A DNA stretch of 63,023 nucleotides from Octopus bimaculoides (taxonomy: Eukaryota). The notes below the pieces were generated by a model. The model was given only the letters and a program-made list of their open reading frames with translations, ran no database searches and was not told the DNA's origin. Positions 1-12,201 of this stretch are shown here, one piece after another. A program made the translations under genes and the position numbers. The DNA is taken from contig NC_068989.1 of NCBI RefSeq assembly GCF_001194135.2, forward strand, positions 59,664,537 to 59,727,559. Reading direction: 5' to 3'. How positions within the stretch are numbered: position 1 is the stretch's first letter; the number at the start of each line of letters is the position of its first letter.

Positions 1-52
1 GCATTCCAACCGGATATTGGAGGGATGTGAGTTCGATCCTCATGGCTGGCTG
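1..52 (+). mobile_element. 3' part of a tRNA-like repeat, truncated by the window edge
   Basis: B-box GAGTTCGATCC in a T-arm-like stem followed by GGCTGGC; same 3' sequence as 51512-51584. Confidence 0.4.
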
Positions 53-2626
53 CCGACAAATTTTTCTGCTTTTAAGAAGAAAAAAAAAAAGAATTTTATC
101 CTTTATATCTATACTGTTCAGTATCTATGCGTGGAATAAAATTTATCTTTCTACTTGTTCTAATAATAATAATGTTTTCTCACATACGCACAAAACCACA
201 GTCTTTGGAGACAGGGTTAGGGTTAAGGTTAAATCAACCTCATTACTTAACTGGTTTTTAACTTTACCGACCCCCAAGAGAATGAAGACCAAAGAGCAAT
301 TTCGCCTTAGAACCACAGAGGCACGTTAATATTGATTCTGTTGGGTACTCAACCATTTCTACCAATCTACCAGCATCACCTCAATAATAATATTACATCA
401 ATTATATACCAATAATATATCAATACTAACGACAATCTCCTTGTTTACTTTGAAGATAACATGAATACAAAACATTAATTGCTCACGATAAAAAAAAACA
501 CCAACATTTTGGTGTGTACGTATATAATTAATGTAAACCATAAAAGTCAAGGGGTATGAGAGATGAATATATTTATTTACCCACTAATCATCCTTAGGAC
601 TACGGTTCATTCGCAGCCTTCTTCATGTAGTAATAATTTAAGTACATATTAAATTATGTTTACATGTCTGCACTAATATGCATAGATATTAGTGCAGACA
701 TGTAAAAATAATACACACTCACACACACGCGTACCCATACATACATGGTAAAATTTATTAAAACTGAAACTTTATAAATTGCGAGTTTGAGTAATTCATT
801 AACGATTTTTAATTATTTTAGCGAAAATTCTTTTTTTTTTTTTTCATTTTTTACAGCAAGTGATATCTTTTCTCTTCGAGTTATTCAAGATTTTCTACGA
901 AACCCACTGTAGAGGATTCTTATCTCAGGGACAGTACACCGCTTTCAAATAATGACGTATCAAATTATATTAAACAAACACTTAGTCTTGATGACTATTG
1001 AAATCATTCAAACTATGTTCCATGGGTCTTCTGTTTTCTATTGATATCCCATAAGACTAAGAGTTTGCTCTTCAGAATCTATATTGCACCACTTCTGAAA
1101 CACAAGAAAACTCTTGTCTCTGATTCTCACTAATGGTATATGTTTCTGTTCCACTAAACTTTGCATCAACTGTTGTGCTCAATTCTTCACTCTGAAGATT
1201 AATACTCGGTGGAATTCTGTTCCTTTTCAAGAAAAAGGGGGGGGGCATAATATCAAGAACGATGCCAAAAATTACTTTAAAATACTTCTTTGTTGTAATT
1301 AGCTTTAAAAGTTGATAATAGCTAAGCAGTTTACATACTTCGGAACATGCCCTTTACTCCTAGCATTGCAGGAATTCAGTTTCAACCTTGAAATGTAAAT
1401 GGAGTTACAATTTCTACCACTATGGAAAAAATGTATTTCTATTCAGTTATTAAGTTGGGTAACCTACTTAATGTAGCCTACCAGTGAGTAAAAACATTTA
1501 TAACTAAGTGAACTACATTAGAGAAAGTTATATCTTGACTCAGGGTAGGATTCGAAATATCAACTCTTTAGTGGTTAAGCAGAATGAAGGGAAAAGGAAA
1601 ATAAATTATACATGAAAGAAAAATAAGTTAGGACATATCCTAGTTTTAGAACTTACACAGTGTCATCGTTTTTTGTGGGGAAAATATATTTAAATAATAA
1701 TGGGGGAAAGACATAGCAAAGAAAATTATGTCCCTTTTATTTTGGCATTTTCAACAGCTCAGTTATCAAAGAAAGTTTATTTACCATATTTAATCAGAAC
1801 AGATGTGAAGATTATTGCCAAGAGACAGTTGTTTTGTATCGATAGAATTTATTTTGCAAAATTCTAGTTTGAAAATATGGAATAGATTTATTGAGAGTTG
1901 TGTTATAAAGACGGTTGAAACTAAGAATTTCGTGGGGTTATACAGTTTGTCGGAAAGAGAAACTATTCTTCTCCTGGTTTAGATTGTATGAATAAATCCA
2001 AGATTAGTTGTGAACAATCGTTGAATAAAGCAACTTTATAGATTTGGCAATGTTCTCAGTGTAAGAAGTAAAGTGATCAAAGAGTTGTTCCTAGTTTGGA
2101 AAGTTAGGAAAGAGAATATAATTTTGGAATCGGGAAGACAGAGACTGTCAATCACAATAACATTTAGTTTTTATGTCTGGACGTGAGATGTATCACAGGA
2201 ATGGTCAACTTTTCTGTTGCTGATGTTAAAGATGTCAATTTTAGAAAGAAAGTCGACTCTAGAAATCGACACTTTTATCCACAAGAAAAGCGTTAGTGAC
2301 CAAATATCGATCAATGAAAGAATTTATATTGTTTTTCTCTTCTTTTCAGTTTGAATTATTTATTTTTTATAAATAATTTATAGTCTTCGATTGGAAGATG
2401 AGTTATTTTACCATCGGGAGTGTCTGGATAAAACAACAGTCTTCAAACACATCAGAGTTTTTCAATCTCCATAATCTTCTTTAACATTTGCTTCAGACCA
2501 AAAATACCTTAAAGTGTTTAGAATGGAATTTCTACGTTCTAGGTTCAAATTCCACTAAAGTCAGTTTAACTTTTTGTCCTGTAATAACAATAAAGTTGAT
2601 TTAATTGTGTATATATCTCTCCTTGA

Positions 2627-3009
2627 GTGGAGGCGCAATGGCCCAGTGGTTAGGGCAGCGGACTCGCGGTCATAGGATCGCAGTTTCCATTCCCAGACCG
2701 GGCGTTGTCAGTGTTTATTGAGCGAAAACACCTAAGGTTCCACGAGGCTCCAGCAGGGGATGGTGGCGAACCCTGCTGTACTCTTTCACCACAACCTTCT
2801 CTTACTCTCACTTCCTCTTTCTGTTGTGCCTGTAATTCAAAGGGTCAGCCTTGTCACACTGTGTCACGCTGAATATCCCCGAGAACTACGTTAAGGGTAC
2901 ACGTGTCTGTGGAGTGCTCGGCCACTTGCACGCTAATTTCACGAGCAGGCTGTTTCGTTGATCGGATCAACTGGAACCCTCTACGTCGTAAGCGACGGAG
3001 TGCCAACAA
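2627..3009 (+). mobile_element. tRNA-derived SINE family A (about 380 bp, CAA tail)
   Basis: Head GTGGAGGCGCAATGGCCCAGTGGTTAGG; near-identical copies at 4101, 27555, 39118 and 53073; TSD-like tctctccttg on both sides. Confidence 0.85.
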
Positions 3010-3057
3010 ATCTCTCTCCTTGTGCCGATTCAAGAGATATAAATATTCTTTCTACAA

Positions 3058-3243
3058 AGGCGACGAGCTGCCAGAATCGTTAGCAAATCGGACAGAATGC
3101 TTAGCGACATTTCGTCAGACTTTACGTTGTGATACAAATTCCATTGAGGCCGACTTTGTCTATCATCTTGAGCATTGGGGCTTGATGTAATCGACTTACC
3201 CTCTCCCCGAAATTTCTGGCCTTGTACCAAAATTTGAAACCAA
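3058..3243 (+). mobile_element. SINE family B (about 190-220 bp)
   Basis: ggcgacgagctg-cagaatcgttagca...aaatttgaaacc; at least 10 copies in the window. Confidence 0.75.
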
Positions 3244-3844
3244 TACTTGTTTCTACAGAGTTACTTCCATTAGTCGACACGCTTATTGCAAACCCATCAC
3301 GCGCCCACTAACTAATGTAGTAAGAGCAGTGAGTTTCATATTGTTCACTTGACATAAGAATCTGCACACAGCTGCCATCGTCGTGTAAAAGTTGTCGGCA
3401 AAGATGGATTTTTAAAAAAATTCAATGCATTTTTTTTATAGTGACACATTAGAGAAATAGATTCGATTAACATTCTCAATGTAATATTTTGTGAGATATT
3501 ATCAACATAGCAAACATAACAGATTATAGTCAAAGTATTTGCTTTTGGTCAACAGCGCTTTCTGTAATATCAGTTGCAGAATTAAAGGTGTGCAACATGA
3601 CACGTTTAAGACCCGCGAGCCAGAACCCAATATTTTCACCACACAGACATATACACCTCAGAATTTTTTTCCTAGAATGCCATCAATTATTACTTTTCTC
3701 AAAGCATTTTTACCGTATTCTTGAATTATTGTAGATACCACCGACTCTATTATAATACAAATACCTACTTTATTAAGATTAGAGCAATAAAAAGTATAGA
3801 CGCCCTTGGTAGGGAACACGTAACAAATTAGAAATGTTCTTTTC

Positions 3845-4056
3845 TACTCTAGGCACAAGGCCCGAAATTCTGGGGGGGGGGGGCAGTCGATTAGATCGNN
3901 NNNNNNNNNNNNNNNNNNNNNNNNNNNNNNNNNNNNNNNNNNNNNNNNNNNNNNNNNNNNNNNNNNNNNNNNNNTGAACTCAGAACGTAGCGGGCAGACG
4001 AAATACCGCTAAACATTTCGCCCGGCGTGGTAACGTTTCTGCCAGCTCGCCGCCTT
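3845..4056 (-). mobile_element. SINE family B spanning an N gap
   Basis: Reverse-complement match to family B at both ends. Confidence 0.7.
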
Positions 4057-4100
4057 AACAAATTAGTAATATTACATCAAAACTGTTGTTAATAATATTC

Positions 4101-4487
4101 CTTGTTGTTGGCACTCCGTCGCTTACGACGACGAAGGTTCCAGTTGATCCGATCAACGGAACAGCCTGCTCGTGAAATTAACGTGCAAGTGGCTGAGCAC
4201 TCCATAGACACGTGTAACCTTAATGTAGTTCTCGGGGATATTCAGCGTGACACAGTGTGACAAAGCTGACCCTTTGAATTACAGGCACAACAGAAACAGG
4301 AAGTAAGAGTGAGAGAAAGTTGTGGTGAAAGAGTACAGCAGGGTTCACCACCATCCCCTGCCGGAGCCTCGTGGAGCTTTAGGTGTTTTCGCTCAATAAA
4401 CACTCACAACGCCCGGTCTGGGAATGGAAACCGCGATCCTATGACCGCGAGTCCGCTGCCCTAACCACTAGGCCATTGCGCCTCCAC
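4101..4487 (-). mobile_element. SINE family A
   Basis: Full length; 12-bp TSD tgttaataatat at 4087-4098 and 4488-4499. Confidence 0.9.
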
Positions 4488-5729
4488 TGTTAATAATATA
4501 ACATCACGTAATGTTAACAATTCCGAAATTGCATTCTTGCTCAGCGAATCTCGTTTCACTTTAACGGATTCTCTGGTTTTCTCCACTGTTCAAATTTAAT
4601 ATCATCCTTGGGACTTCAAAGACATCTCCTACTGAATCTCTCTATTTTCTATTTTATTATTTTTACACAAAGGCTTCATCTTTGAAGTGTCATAATGATT
4701 TTTGAAACATTCTTGTATTCCAAGTAAATTATCTGTCGACATCTTGAAACCATTATTTTTCATTTGCAATTCAGTTCCAGTATTTTAGAAGCATTGGCAA
4801 ATCATTACTTAAACCCGAATCACCGACTTAGCTTCCCTTCTTAGAAAAAAAATACTTTAATAATATTCACATCAAGAGAAGGATTTTAGGTTTTCTTTTT
4901 CAATTATAATTATTTTTTTAGTGAAGTTAGAGAAAAGGCCCACGCAGCTGTTTTATAGTATTTTTCTATAAAAGAAAAATGAAACATTACAAGCAAATTT
5001 ATTATGCTGGAAGTTGTTTAAAAATTTAATAATGTAAAATTATATTGGAATCCTTTGTCCCAGTATTTGAAACTTTGAGAAACAGAATGAGAAAATCCGA
5101 TTGATAAACGATGTTGAGCTATTTCCCCTTGGGAATATAATCAGAGCTGCTTCGGAGAACATTCAGATTTCTTCAAATCTTATTTCTCAAAATAGGGAAA
5201 AACGTGCGTTTAAGGGAATAGAATTCTGTATAATCATTTCTTACTCTAATGTTATAGTTATAACATTAAGTAATTATTACATTGTGTTTATTTCTCATCT
5301 CCACTTTATCTAATTAATGATTAATCTCTATATAGTAACAGTCAGTATAAATATTGGCTGACTGGTTGGTTAACTGATTTCTCCAGTCACGCTTTACATC
5401 ATTTAGAGAGGGTTAAGGAAGAGTAAAAGACATATACACAGAGTTGACATAAAAGGTGCAGGATCAGTGGAAGCAAAGAATCATAGAGGCGAAGAGGTGG
5501 AGGAGGAGGAGGAGGAGTTGTACAAACTAGAAATTTGTTTTATTAAATTTTATTTTAAGCCAATAAATATTTTTCTTTTAGAAATTAGAATTCATTATTT
5601 TGTATAAGCCTCGAGAAATCTGATCAAAATTAAATTATAATTATTGTATGTATGCCGCATTTCCTGATATGGTGCAAAAGTAATGTCATGTGACGGGTTG
5701 CACTCAGTTAATATTTTGTTTTCCTTCTA

Positions 5730-7420
5730 ACGAATGAAAATATGAAAATGATAAAATGGGGCGCAATGCCCACTCGAACCCCGAGTGGTTACATTAGACA
5801 TTTAGAAATGTAACCACTCTAAGTGATTACATTTAGACATTATTTTAGACAGATTTTTCCTTTTTTTTATAATTTAAAAAGTTCAATTCTTCGTCCTTTT
5901 TTTATATTATTCACTTCTTTTTTAAATTTTTCAACTCGTTATGTTCAATTACGGGTGGTAGGGTATCAAACCACACAGGCCCGTCAAATGAGGTTATATA
6001 CCTTGTATATGATTTTCTGAACGTGTCGTATCTATCAACATTCAGTAGTACACATCTTTCCTCGTCCTTGAAATCCTCCCTGGGCAGCTTCACCCTCACT
6101 AATCCCTTCCACTTGGAAATTCTCTTTTCTACATTTGCATTCTTTTGGTAATAGACTATGAATGCCTTATTTCTAAAACCGTACTGTACATCCTCTTCCA
6201 CCGATTTTCTCTCTCTCTCTCTCTCTCTTGGTTCCGTCTCTACTGTCTGTGTATGTTTTGGGGGCGTCCTATCTGGTTCTACTGCTGGTCCTTCCGAATG
6301 TTCTCTTAATTTTGCTTTTCCTCCTTTTGGGGCTGACAAACCCGTCACTGCCCTCATTTGCCGCTTTCGTTCTGTCTTTCTTCGGCTCCACCTCTTCCGT
6401 ATCCCTGGCGCGGTCCATATCGCTTTTGCCGTCACCGTCTTTCATCGCTTCAATTGGGTCACCAATCTCCACTTCTTCTTGATCCCTCTCCACAGCCTTC
6501 TCACTCTGAGGAGGCTTGTGCTTGGGGAACTGCGTCTTCATGTGGCCACTCACTCCACATTCGTAGCAATTTGGTCGGCGTCCCTCAACAATCACTTTGA
6601 GGGAACTCTCTCCCGGAATCTCTATCTGGTAGGAGATCCTTTCAATGTCTTGGAAAGTGGCAAAAAGCCACATCTCGACGCCGCATCCCCATCAGTTTAA
6701 CAGGCTCGTTCTTCCCACTGGTTCTAATTCGGGATTCTCCTCGGTGGTAGCCATAACAGCTGCTACCAACCAATCTGGCTTTATTTCTGGTGGCACCCTT
6801 CCAATACGAGTGCGAATACTTCGCCTGCTCCTATACGTGGGCAGCAGCGTCAACCCCTCAGTGCATAAAATTGTGATGGAATGTGAGGCCACCACTTTGG
6901 TGGCAAACCTCACCTCCACCGTACCATATTTTTTTCCTTGGTTAACGAAAGTTGCCGCTTTCATCAGGGGTCCCAAACATTCCTCCACGTCGTCTTGATA
7001 GGATTTCAATTTTATTAGTGGCGACCGCTCTCGTGCATTACACTACCGTCCCATCACTCTTATCCTTGACCGTTTCTTCTGGAGGGACCAGCTTTTTTAC
7101 GTCTCCCTCCCTTTGCACAAACTGTTCACTTCTTATTATCTCTTCCATATTCATTGATATCTGTCTCGCGTTCAACGGCGAGACAGATAACTGCTTAGCT
7201 CTCCGTCTAGAGAAACTAACTTTTCAGCTCCACAATGGGGAGAAAACAACAAAAAACAATCACGCGCGAGTCGCTCAACAATAATTTTCAACAGTGATAT
7301 ACAACAATTTCAACAACGGACCGTCTCGAAGAGAAAGCCTTCAACATGTAACAACAATCCAATACCGTGGTTAAAAATCACGTAACTCAGAACTCAAACT
7401 AAGTTGTTAGTCGGCGATAG
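5730..7420 (-). mobile_element. ORF1-only L1/Tx1-like non-LTR element with a frameshifted gag-like ORF1
   Basis: Broken ORF from about 7154 to 5911: KKYGTVEVRF...PTYRSRRSIRTRIGRVPPEI...KVIVEGRRPNCYECGVSGHMKTQFP (decayed CCHC knuckle), then a low-complexity tail. No endonuclease or RT follows. Confidence 0.65.
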
Positions 7421-7552
7421 CAACGTCCTTAATTTTTTTTCCCCACAAGGGGCCAAAACTAGAGGTTATACATGACAAAAACAATACAAAACAAATAATC
7501 GGGGGAAATAAAAATACAGAAAGAAATCGAGTAAGGAAGAAAAAATGAAAAG

Positions 7553-7895
7553 AACGAATGAAAATATGAAAATGATAAAATGAGGCGCAATGCCCACTCG
7601 ATCCCCGAAGTCGAGTGGTTACATTTAGACATTATTTTGGACAGTTTTTTCCCATTTTTTTTTCTTTTTATAATTTAAAAGTTCACATCTTCCTCGTTTT
7701 TTTATATCATTCATATTTTTTTTTCAACACTTTATGTTCAATTACGGGTGGTAGGGCATCAAACCACACAGGCCCGCCAAATGAAGCTACACACCCTGTA
7801 TATGATTTCCCGAACGCGTCGCATCCATCGACATTCAACATCACACACTCCTCCTCCTCCTTGAAAATCCTCCCTGGGCAGCCTCACCCCTACCA
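7553..7895 (-). repeat. Second, 5'-truncated copy of the 3' end of the ORF1-only element (direct repeat of about 5730-6105)
   Basis: Colinear match from aacgaatgaaaatatgaaaatg through atcctccctgggcagc, visibly diverged by indels. Confidence 0.85.
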
Positions 7896-8479
7896 ATCTC
7901 GGTTTCAAGAATTACCAAACAATAATTTATTTACAGTCTTTGCTAATAAAGATATATTACCTGTGGTTGTCTTCCCCCATGTACGAGGATAGACAAAAAA
8001 TGGTTTGTTCGCTATAGACTATATTTTATTTGCTTTCACATTTCGACGATATTTCACGTCAAAATGTCTGCTAGACACGTCGCTAAAAAATGAATATAAT
8101 AATACACCGAGCAAAACAAATAAAAAAAAAACAGCGTAAAAACAAATGATATCATAGAACAAATACTTCAGCAAAAAGGAAAAATAATGAAAATTTAAAT
8201 AAACGTTTGATATGAAAAAAAAATGAAAAAAAGTAATCTTGTCGAACAATAACAAATATTTTGGACGATGGTTATAACAACAACAACAGTCACGCAAAGA
8301 CAAACATGTTATATAATAGCAGTAATGAGACTGAGACAAAAGCTAGTTTTGTCTCAGTCATTATACGGATAGAGTTTTTACTCTGTGTAAACTTGGCAAA
8401 AGAATTAAATGGAAGAATTTGGTGAAACCAGACTGTCTTTTTGCTTCAGGATCAAATCCAAAATAAAGTGCAAAATAAC

Positions 8480-9600
8480 ATGTCTGTAACTTTAGAAGTT
8501 TGTAGTTTCCGTTTACTTTAGTGGTTTGCATTTAGATTAACGGTTTCCGTTTAGATTAGCAGTTTCCGTTTCCTGTCCAAACCCAGACAGCAGTAGTTTT
8601 CTACAAGAAATCTCGTAAATGTTTTCTTGATCAAGAAGAATAAGTCTTATAGTACTGTCTGCTATATTTTAATGACTGCAGAATCAACCAAAACAGAAGC
8701 TGATATATTCACATATACCTCCACCCATACAGTTGTGCCCCAGTATTTGTGGCAGAGAAATACAAGGGTAACGATTGGGTACATGGAAAATGATGTGGAT
8801 CTATTTATGGTTGCCATCATTATATCGAAGTTGAGCAGGTGGTAAGCACAAGGATGACGATAGGTGATAAGAGAGGACATGATGGATTTACAAATCTCAG
8901 TGACCTTGAAGGTCATATGCTGGAGCTTCAGTGAGCTGAGACAAAGGGGAGTGGCGCTTCGACAAAAGACCTGGTTGTTATATGTGAAGCTCTAAAAACC
9001 AGTTGAATGCCATGGAGAACAAGAAAGGCTGGGAAAGTGGGAAAGAAAAGAAAGCAACAGAAAGCAGTTGTGGCAGCGACAAGATCAGCATGTTCCACTT
9101 TCCAGTCACAATTAAGAAATGATGGAGGATGTTACCTTGCGCTCGATTCTAATAAGCAGGCCATAGTAACCAGCGATACCATCTCTGTCGTCCTGTGATA
9201 AGCAGAAGGAGAAACAAGAGGATTAAGAAAAACCAAACTATCGCTGAAAAATATAAGAGAGAAAAATAGCGAAGGAAGGCTTCAGAAAAGTAAAGTGAAG
9301 CTGAAGAGGAAGATGCTTCCTCCCCAGTTAATTTATGAAAAGGTGGGTGAATGTAGCGAGAATGACTCACTCGAGAAAAATGGGCCTTCAAAGCAAGCGT
9401 CTCTAGATAGAAAAGTACGGAGGTTAGAGAACTTGCCAAAGTACTCTTGGTATAAACGTTGACTCGGAATCTGTAGGGATCCTTGATCGCCCCTGGGTGG
9501 AATTTTCCCTTATCGAGGAATTTTATAATTTTCTGATTAATTGTTACTGTTTTTTTATTGTTTACACGTGTTTATGTAACTCCCTAAATCCCTACTGTTC
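8480..9600 (+). mobile_element. Diverged ORF1-like remnant of the same class
   Basis: KSYSTV...PQYLWQRNTRVTIGYMENDVDLFMVA aligns by eye with KKYGTV...PTYRSRRSIRTRIGRVPPEIKPDWLVA; later LVVICEALKT and a Lys-rich tail; no ORF2. Confidence 0.45.
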
Positions 9601-9717
9601 TTGTCATTTTATTGTCCTAAAAAGTTTTGTGGCCCAATGACTACTAAAGGAAGTATCATCATCACGATTATTATTATTATTAGTAGCAGTAGTAGTAGTA
9701 GTAGTAGCAGTAGTAGT

Positions 9718-9931
9718 CAAAGTGGCACTGGCAGAATCGTTAGCACACCGGGCAAAATGCATAGCGGCATTTCGTCCGTCTTTACATTTTAAGTTCAAAT
9801 TTCGCCGGGGTCGTCTTTGCCTTTCATCCTTTCGGGGTTGATAAAATAAGTACCAGTTGAGTACTGAGGATCGATGTAATCGACTTAACCCCTTCCACGA
9901 AACGGCTGGCCTTGTGCCAACATTTGAAATC
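9718..9931 (+). mobile_element. SINE family B preceded by a (TAT)/(AGT) microsatellite
   Basis: Match to family B. Confidence 0.75.
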
Positions 9932-9939
9932 GTTATTTT

Positions 9940-10370
9940 ACTCACCTTTCAATTCATTTAACATTTCAACCCTTCTTTTGATGTCGTTGACTGCCTCGTC
10001 TTTTCTTTATCTAGGATTACATTGACCAATGTGTCCTTCCTTATAAAAGGAGCTTTTGATACTATGACTAGCAGTTCGTGTGATCGCAATGGGGTCTTTT
10101 TCTTGTTTCACAGCTTAAATTTGCATTCGACACCTAAGTTTCTCATGTGATCACTCAGGTAAATTCTTACCTGGCTCGGTGATTTGTCGAGACCCACCGT
10201 TAACATTATGGTTGGCCTCAAACCCATTTCCTGTACCAGTCAGTGGTTTAACCAATCTCGCTGTTGTTCCCGTCTCTTTTATTCTGATAATTTAATCATT
10301 TTTACCAATACCAGAAAATCATTTCACTAACAATAGGCCATTTTGTCCTTTCTTTTTGCAGTGTTAGCAC
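9940..10370 (-). pseudogene. Possible third, heavily decayed ORF1 remnant
   Basis: Frameshifted pieces GNGFEA-MLTVG-LDKSPSQVRI, LLVIVSK and FYKEGHIGQC resemble the pre-knuckle and knuckle region of 6500-6700. Confidence 0.3.
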
Positions 10371-11142
10371 GTCTTTCATAGGATGCTTTACCGAACTCGT
10401 GTTTCGGTTAACAGACTTCTGTAAACTTTTTCGCTTCTAACTCAACCTATTTACAAGAGAAGCTGTTTCATCTTGAGACACATAAATTATCCATGTGAAT
10501 GGAATATCTGAATAAAGAATATTGGTTTCTTTAAGCTTTTCTTAATTTATTTTTATCGGTTTCTTTTACTGAATGTGCAATATTGATTTAGTTTTTTTTT
10601 TTTAATATCACACTTCAGTTGGCTGTTAATATTTATAAGCTTGGGGGAAAAAATCTTTCTTCCAAGCTAATAAGAGAGCTTCTACATAGTCGCTTAATGT
10701 GTTAGAAATAACAGCAAAATTTCCCTCAACGCGTACCCTAATGTTTCCTTTTTTAAAGGATGAACATATTGGATAGTAAATTCATGAATAAACTAAACCC
10801 AAGAAAAACAAGTTGGTCACGACTGGAGAGCTGGGTTGGAGCTAAACATCAAGAACAATAGCAAATGTTTCCATAGCTGCTATATATAACGTAAGTGCAA
10901 GGATATCCTTCCATTAGCTCCCACACCCTCTTATTTCAAGATAAGTTCATGCAACAGGGATCAATGAGGGAGCCTCTTCGAGGTCATCCGGTTTGCTAGA
11001 AATAGCAGACAAATATACATCAATCACTCCTTATAGTCTTAAAGAATAAGTACATGCTGAAAAGTGTAGTCCTTGATATAGAAAAAGGCAGGATAGTCGC
11101 AGATGCAACAGTATTGATCATAGGTCTGCTCGATCAGAGCTA

Positions 11143-11175
<33 letters not shown>

Positions 11176-11179
11176 CTCT

Positions 11180-11830
11180 TTATCTTTTTACTTGTTTTAG
11201 TCTGTTTAATTTCTTTTAGACTGCGGTCATGCTGCAGCACCCTCGAAGAATTTTAGTTAAGCTTATAGACCCCAGTACTCATTTTTTTTTGTAAAGCCTG
11301 ATACTTATTTTATGGTTCTCTTTTGCCGAAGTGCTAAATTACGGGGACGTAAACAAGCGGTGGCAGGGAACAAACACACGCACGCAGCGTCGCCGCATGG
11401 TGAGAAGCTTACTTCCAAACCACGTGGTTCTGGATTCAGTCCCGTTGCGTGGTGCCTTGGGCAAGTGTCATCTACGTTAGCCTCGCACCGACTAAAGCCT
11501 TGTGAGTGGATTTGGTAGACGGAAACTGAAAGAAGCCCGTCGCATGTGTGTGTGTGTGTGTGTGTGCTTGTCCGCCCATCACCGCTTGACAACCGGTGCA
11601 TATGTGTTTACATCCCCGTGACTTAGCGATTCGACCTTGCTGGAACACCGCCTTGAAGAATTTTAGTCGAATGAATTGACTCCAGTACATTTTTTTAAGC
11701 CTGGTACTTATTCTATTAGCTACTTTTGCTGAACCGCTAAGTTACTGGGATGCAAACATACCAACACAGGTTGTCAAGCAGTGGTGGGAGACAATCATAG
11801 ATACACAGACACAGACATATACATGTATAT
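11180..11830. mobile_element. Interleaved fragments of SINE family C in both orientations
   Basis: Minus tail about 11180-11370, plus head about 11395-11630, minus tail about 11630-11830. Confidence 0.7.
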
Positions 11831-11849
11831 ATATATGCAGTAATTTTTG

Positions 11850-12201
11850 TACTTCTCTTGCTCACAGAAGATCAAAAGCAGTCACGACTGAATGCGTGTC
11901 ATGAACTGAAAGAACAGTTGGAAGTTGATCCGGGCCTTTTTCGAAGGTCATCACTGATGACGAAAGTTTGTGCTACGGAATTTGCAAATGTGGAAGAGGA
12001 GAAGAAAAAAAACCGACGGAGGGGTTAAAAGGCATCACTTCGCAAGAGTTCCAGGACTGCTTCGAATAGAGGAAAATGCGTCTGGGCCGATGCATTGCTT
12101 CAAATGGAGAATACTTTGAATGCGATAAAAGTGTAATCATGTAAAACTAAGTAAATAAAATAATACTGCAAAATTCCGGTTTCTTTTGGGTAACCCTTGT
12201 A
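11850..12201 (+). mobile_element. Internally deleted mariner fragment with right TIR
   Basis: LLTEDQKQSRLNACHELKEQLEVDP...VITDDES, then FQDCFE*RKMRLGRCIASNGEYFE; ends ...ccggtttcttttgggtaacccttgTA. Confidence 0.75.

Noticed and set aside
1080-1235. Minus-strand frame with cadherin-like KFSGTETYTISENQ
   Set aside because: No other cadherin motifs (DxD, LDRE, DxNDN), and the frame is only about 50 codons.
1800-2330. Penelope-like RT remnant (LYSLS*LSKLGTTL resembles LYGLPKIHK..PL)
   Set aside because: Only one weak motif among many stops; not supportable without an alignment. The same applies to 4560-5250.
11954-11960. CTGATGA as a hammerhead ribozyme core or C box (also at 35326)
   Set aside because: At 11954 it encodes the mariner ITDDE motif. 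No hammerhead helices or matching D box with a terminal stem were seen at either site.
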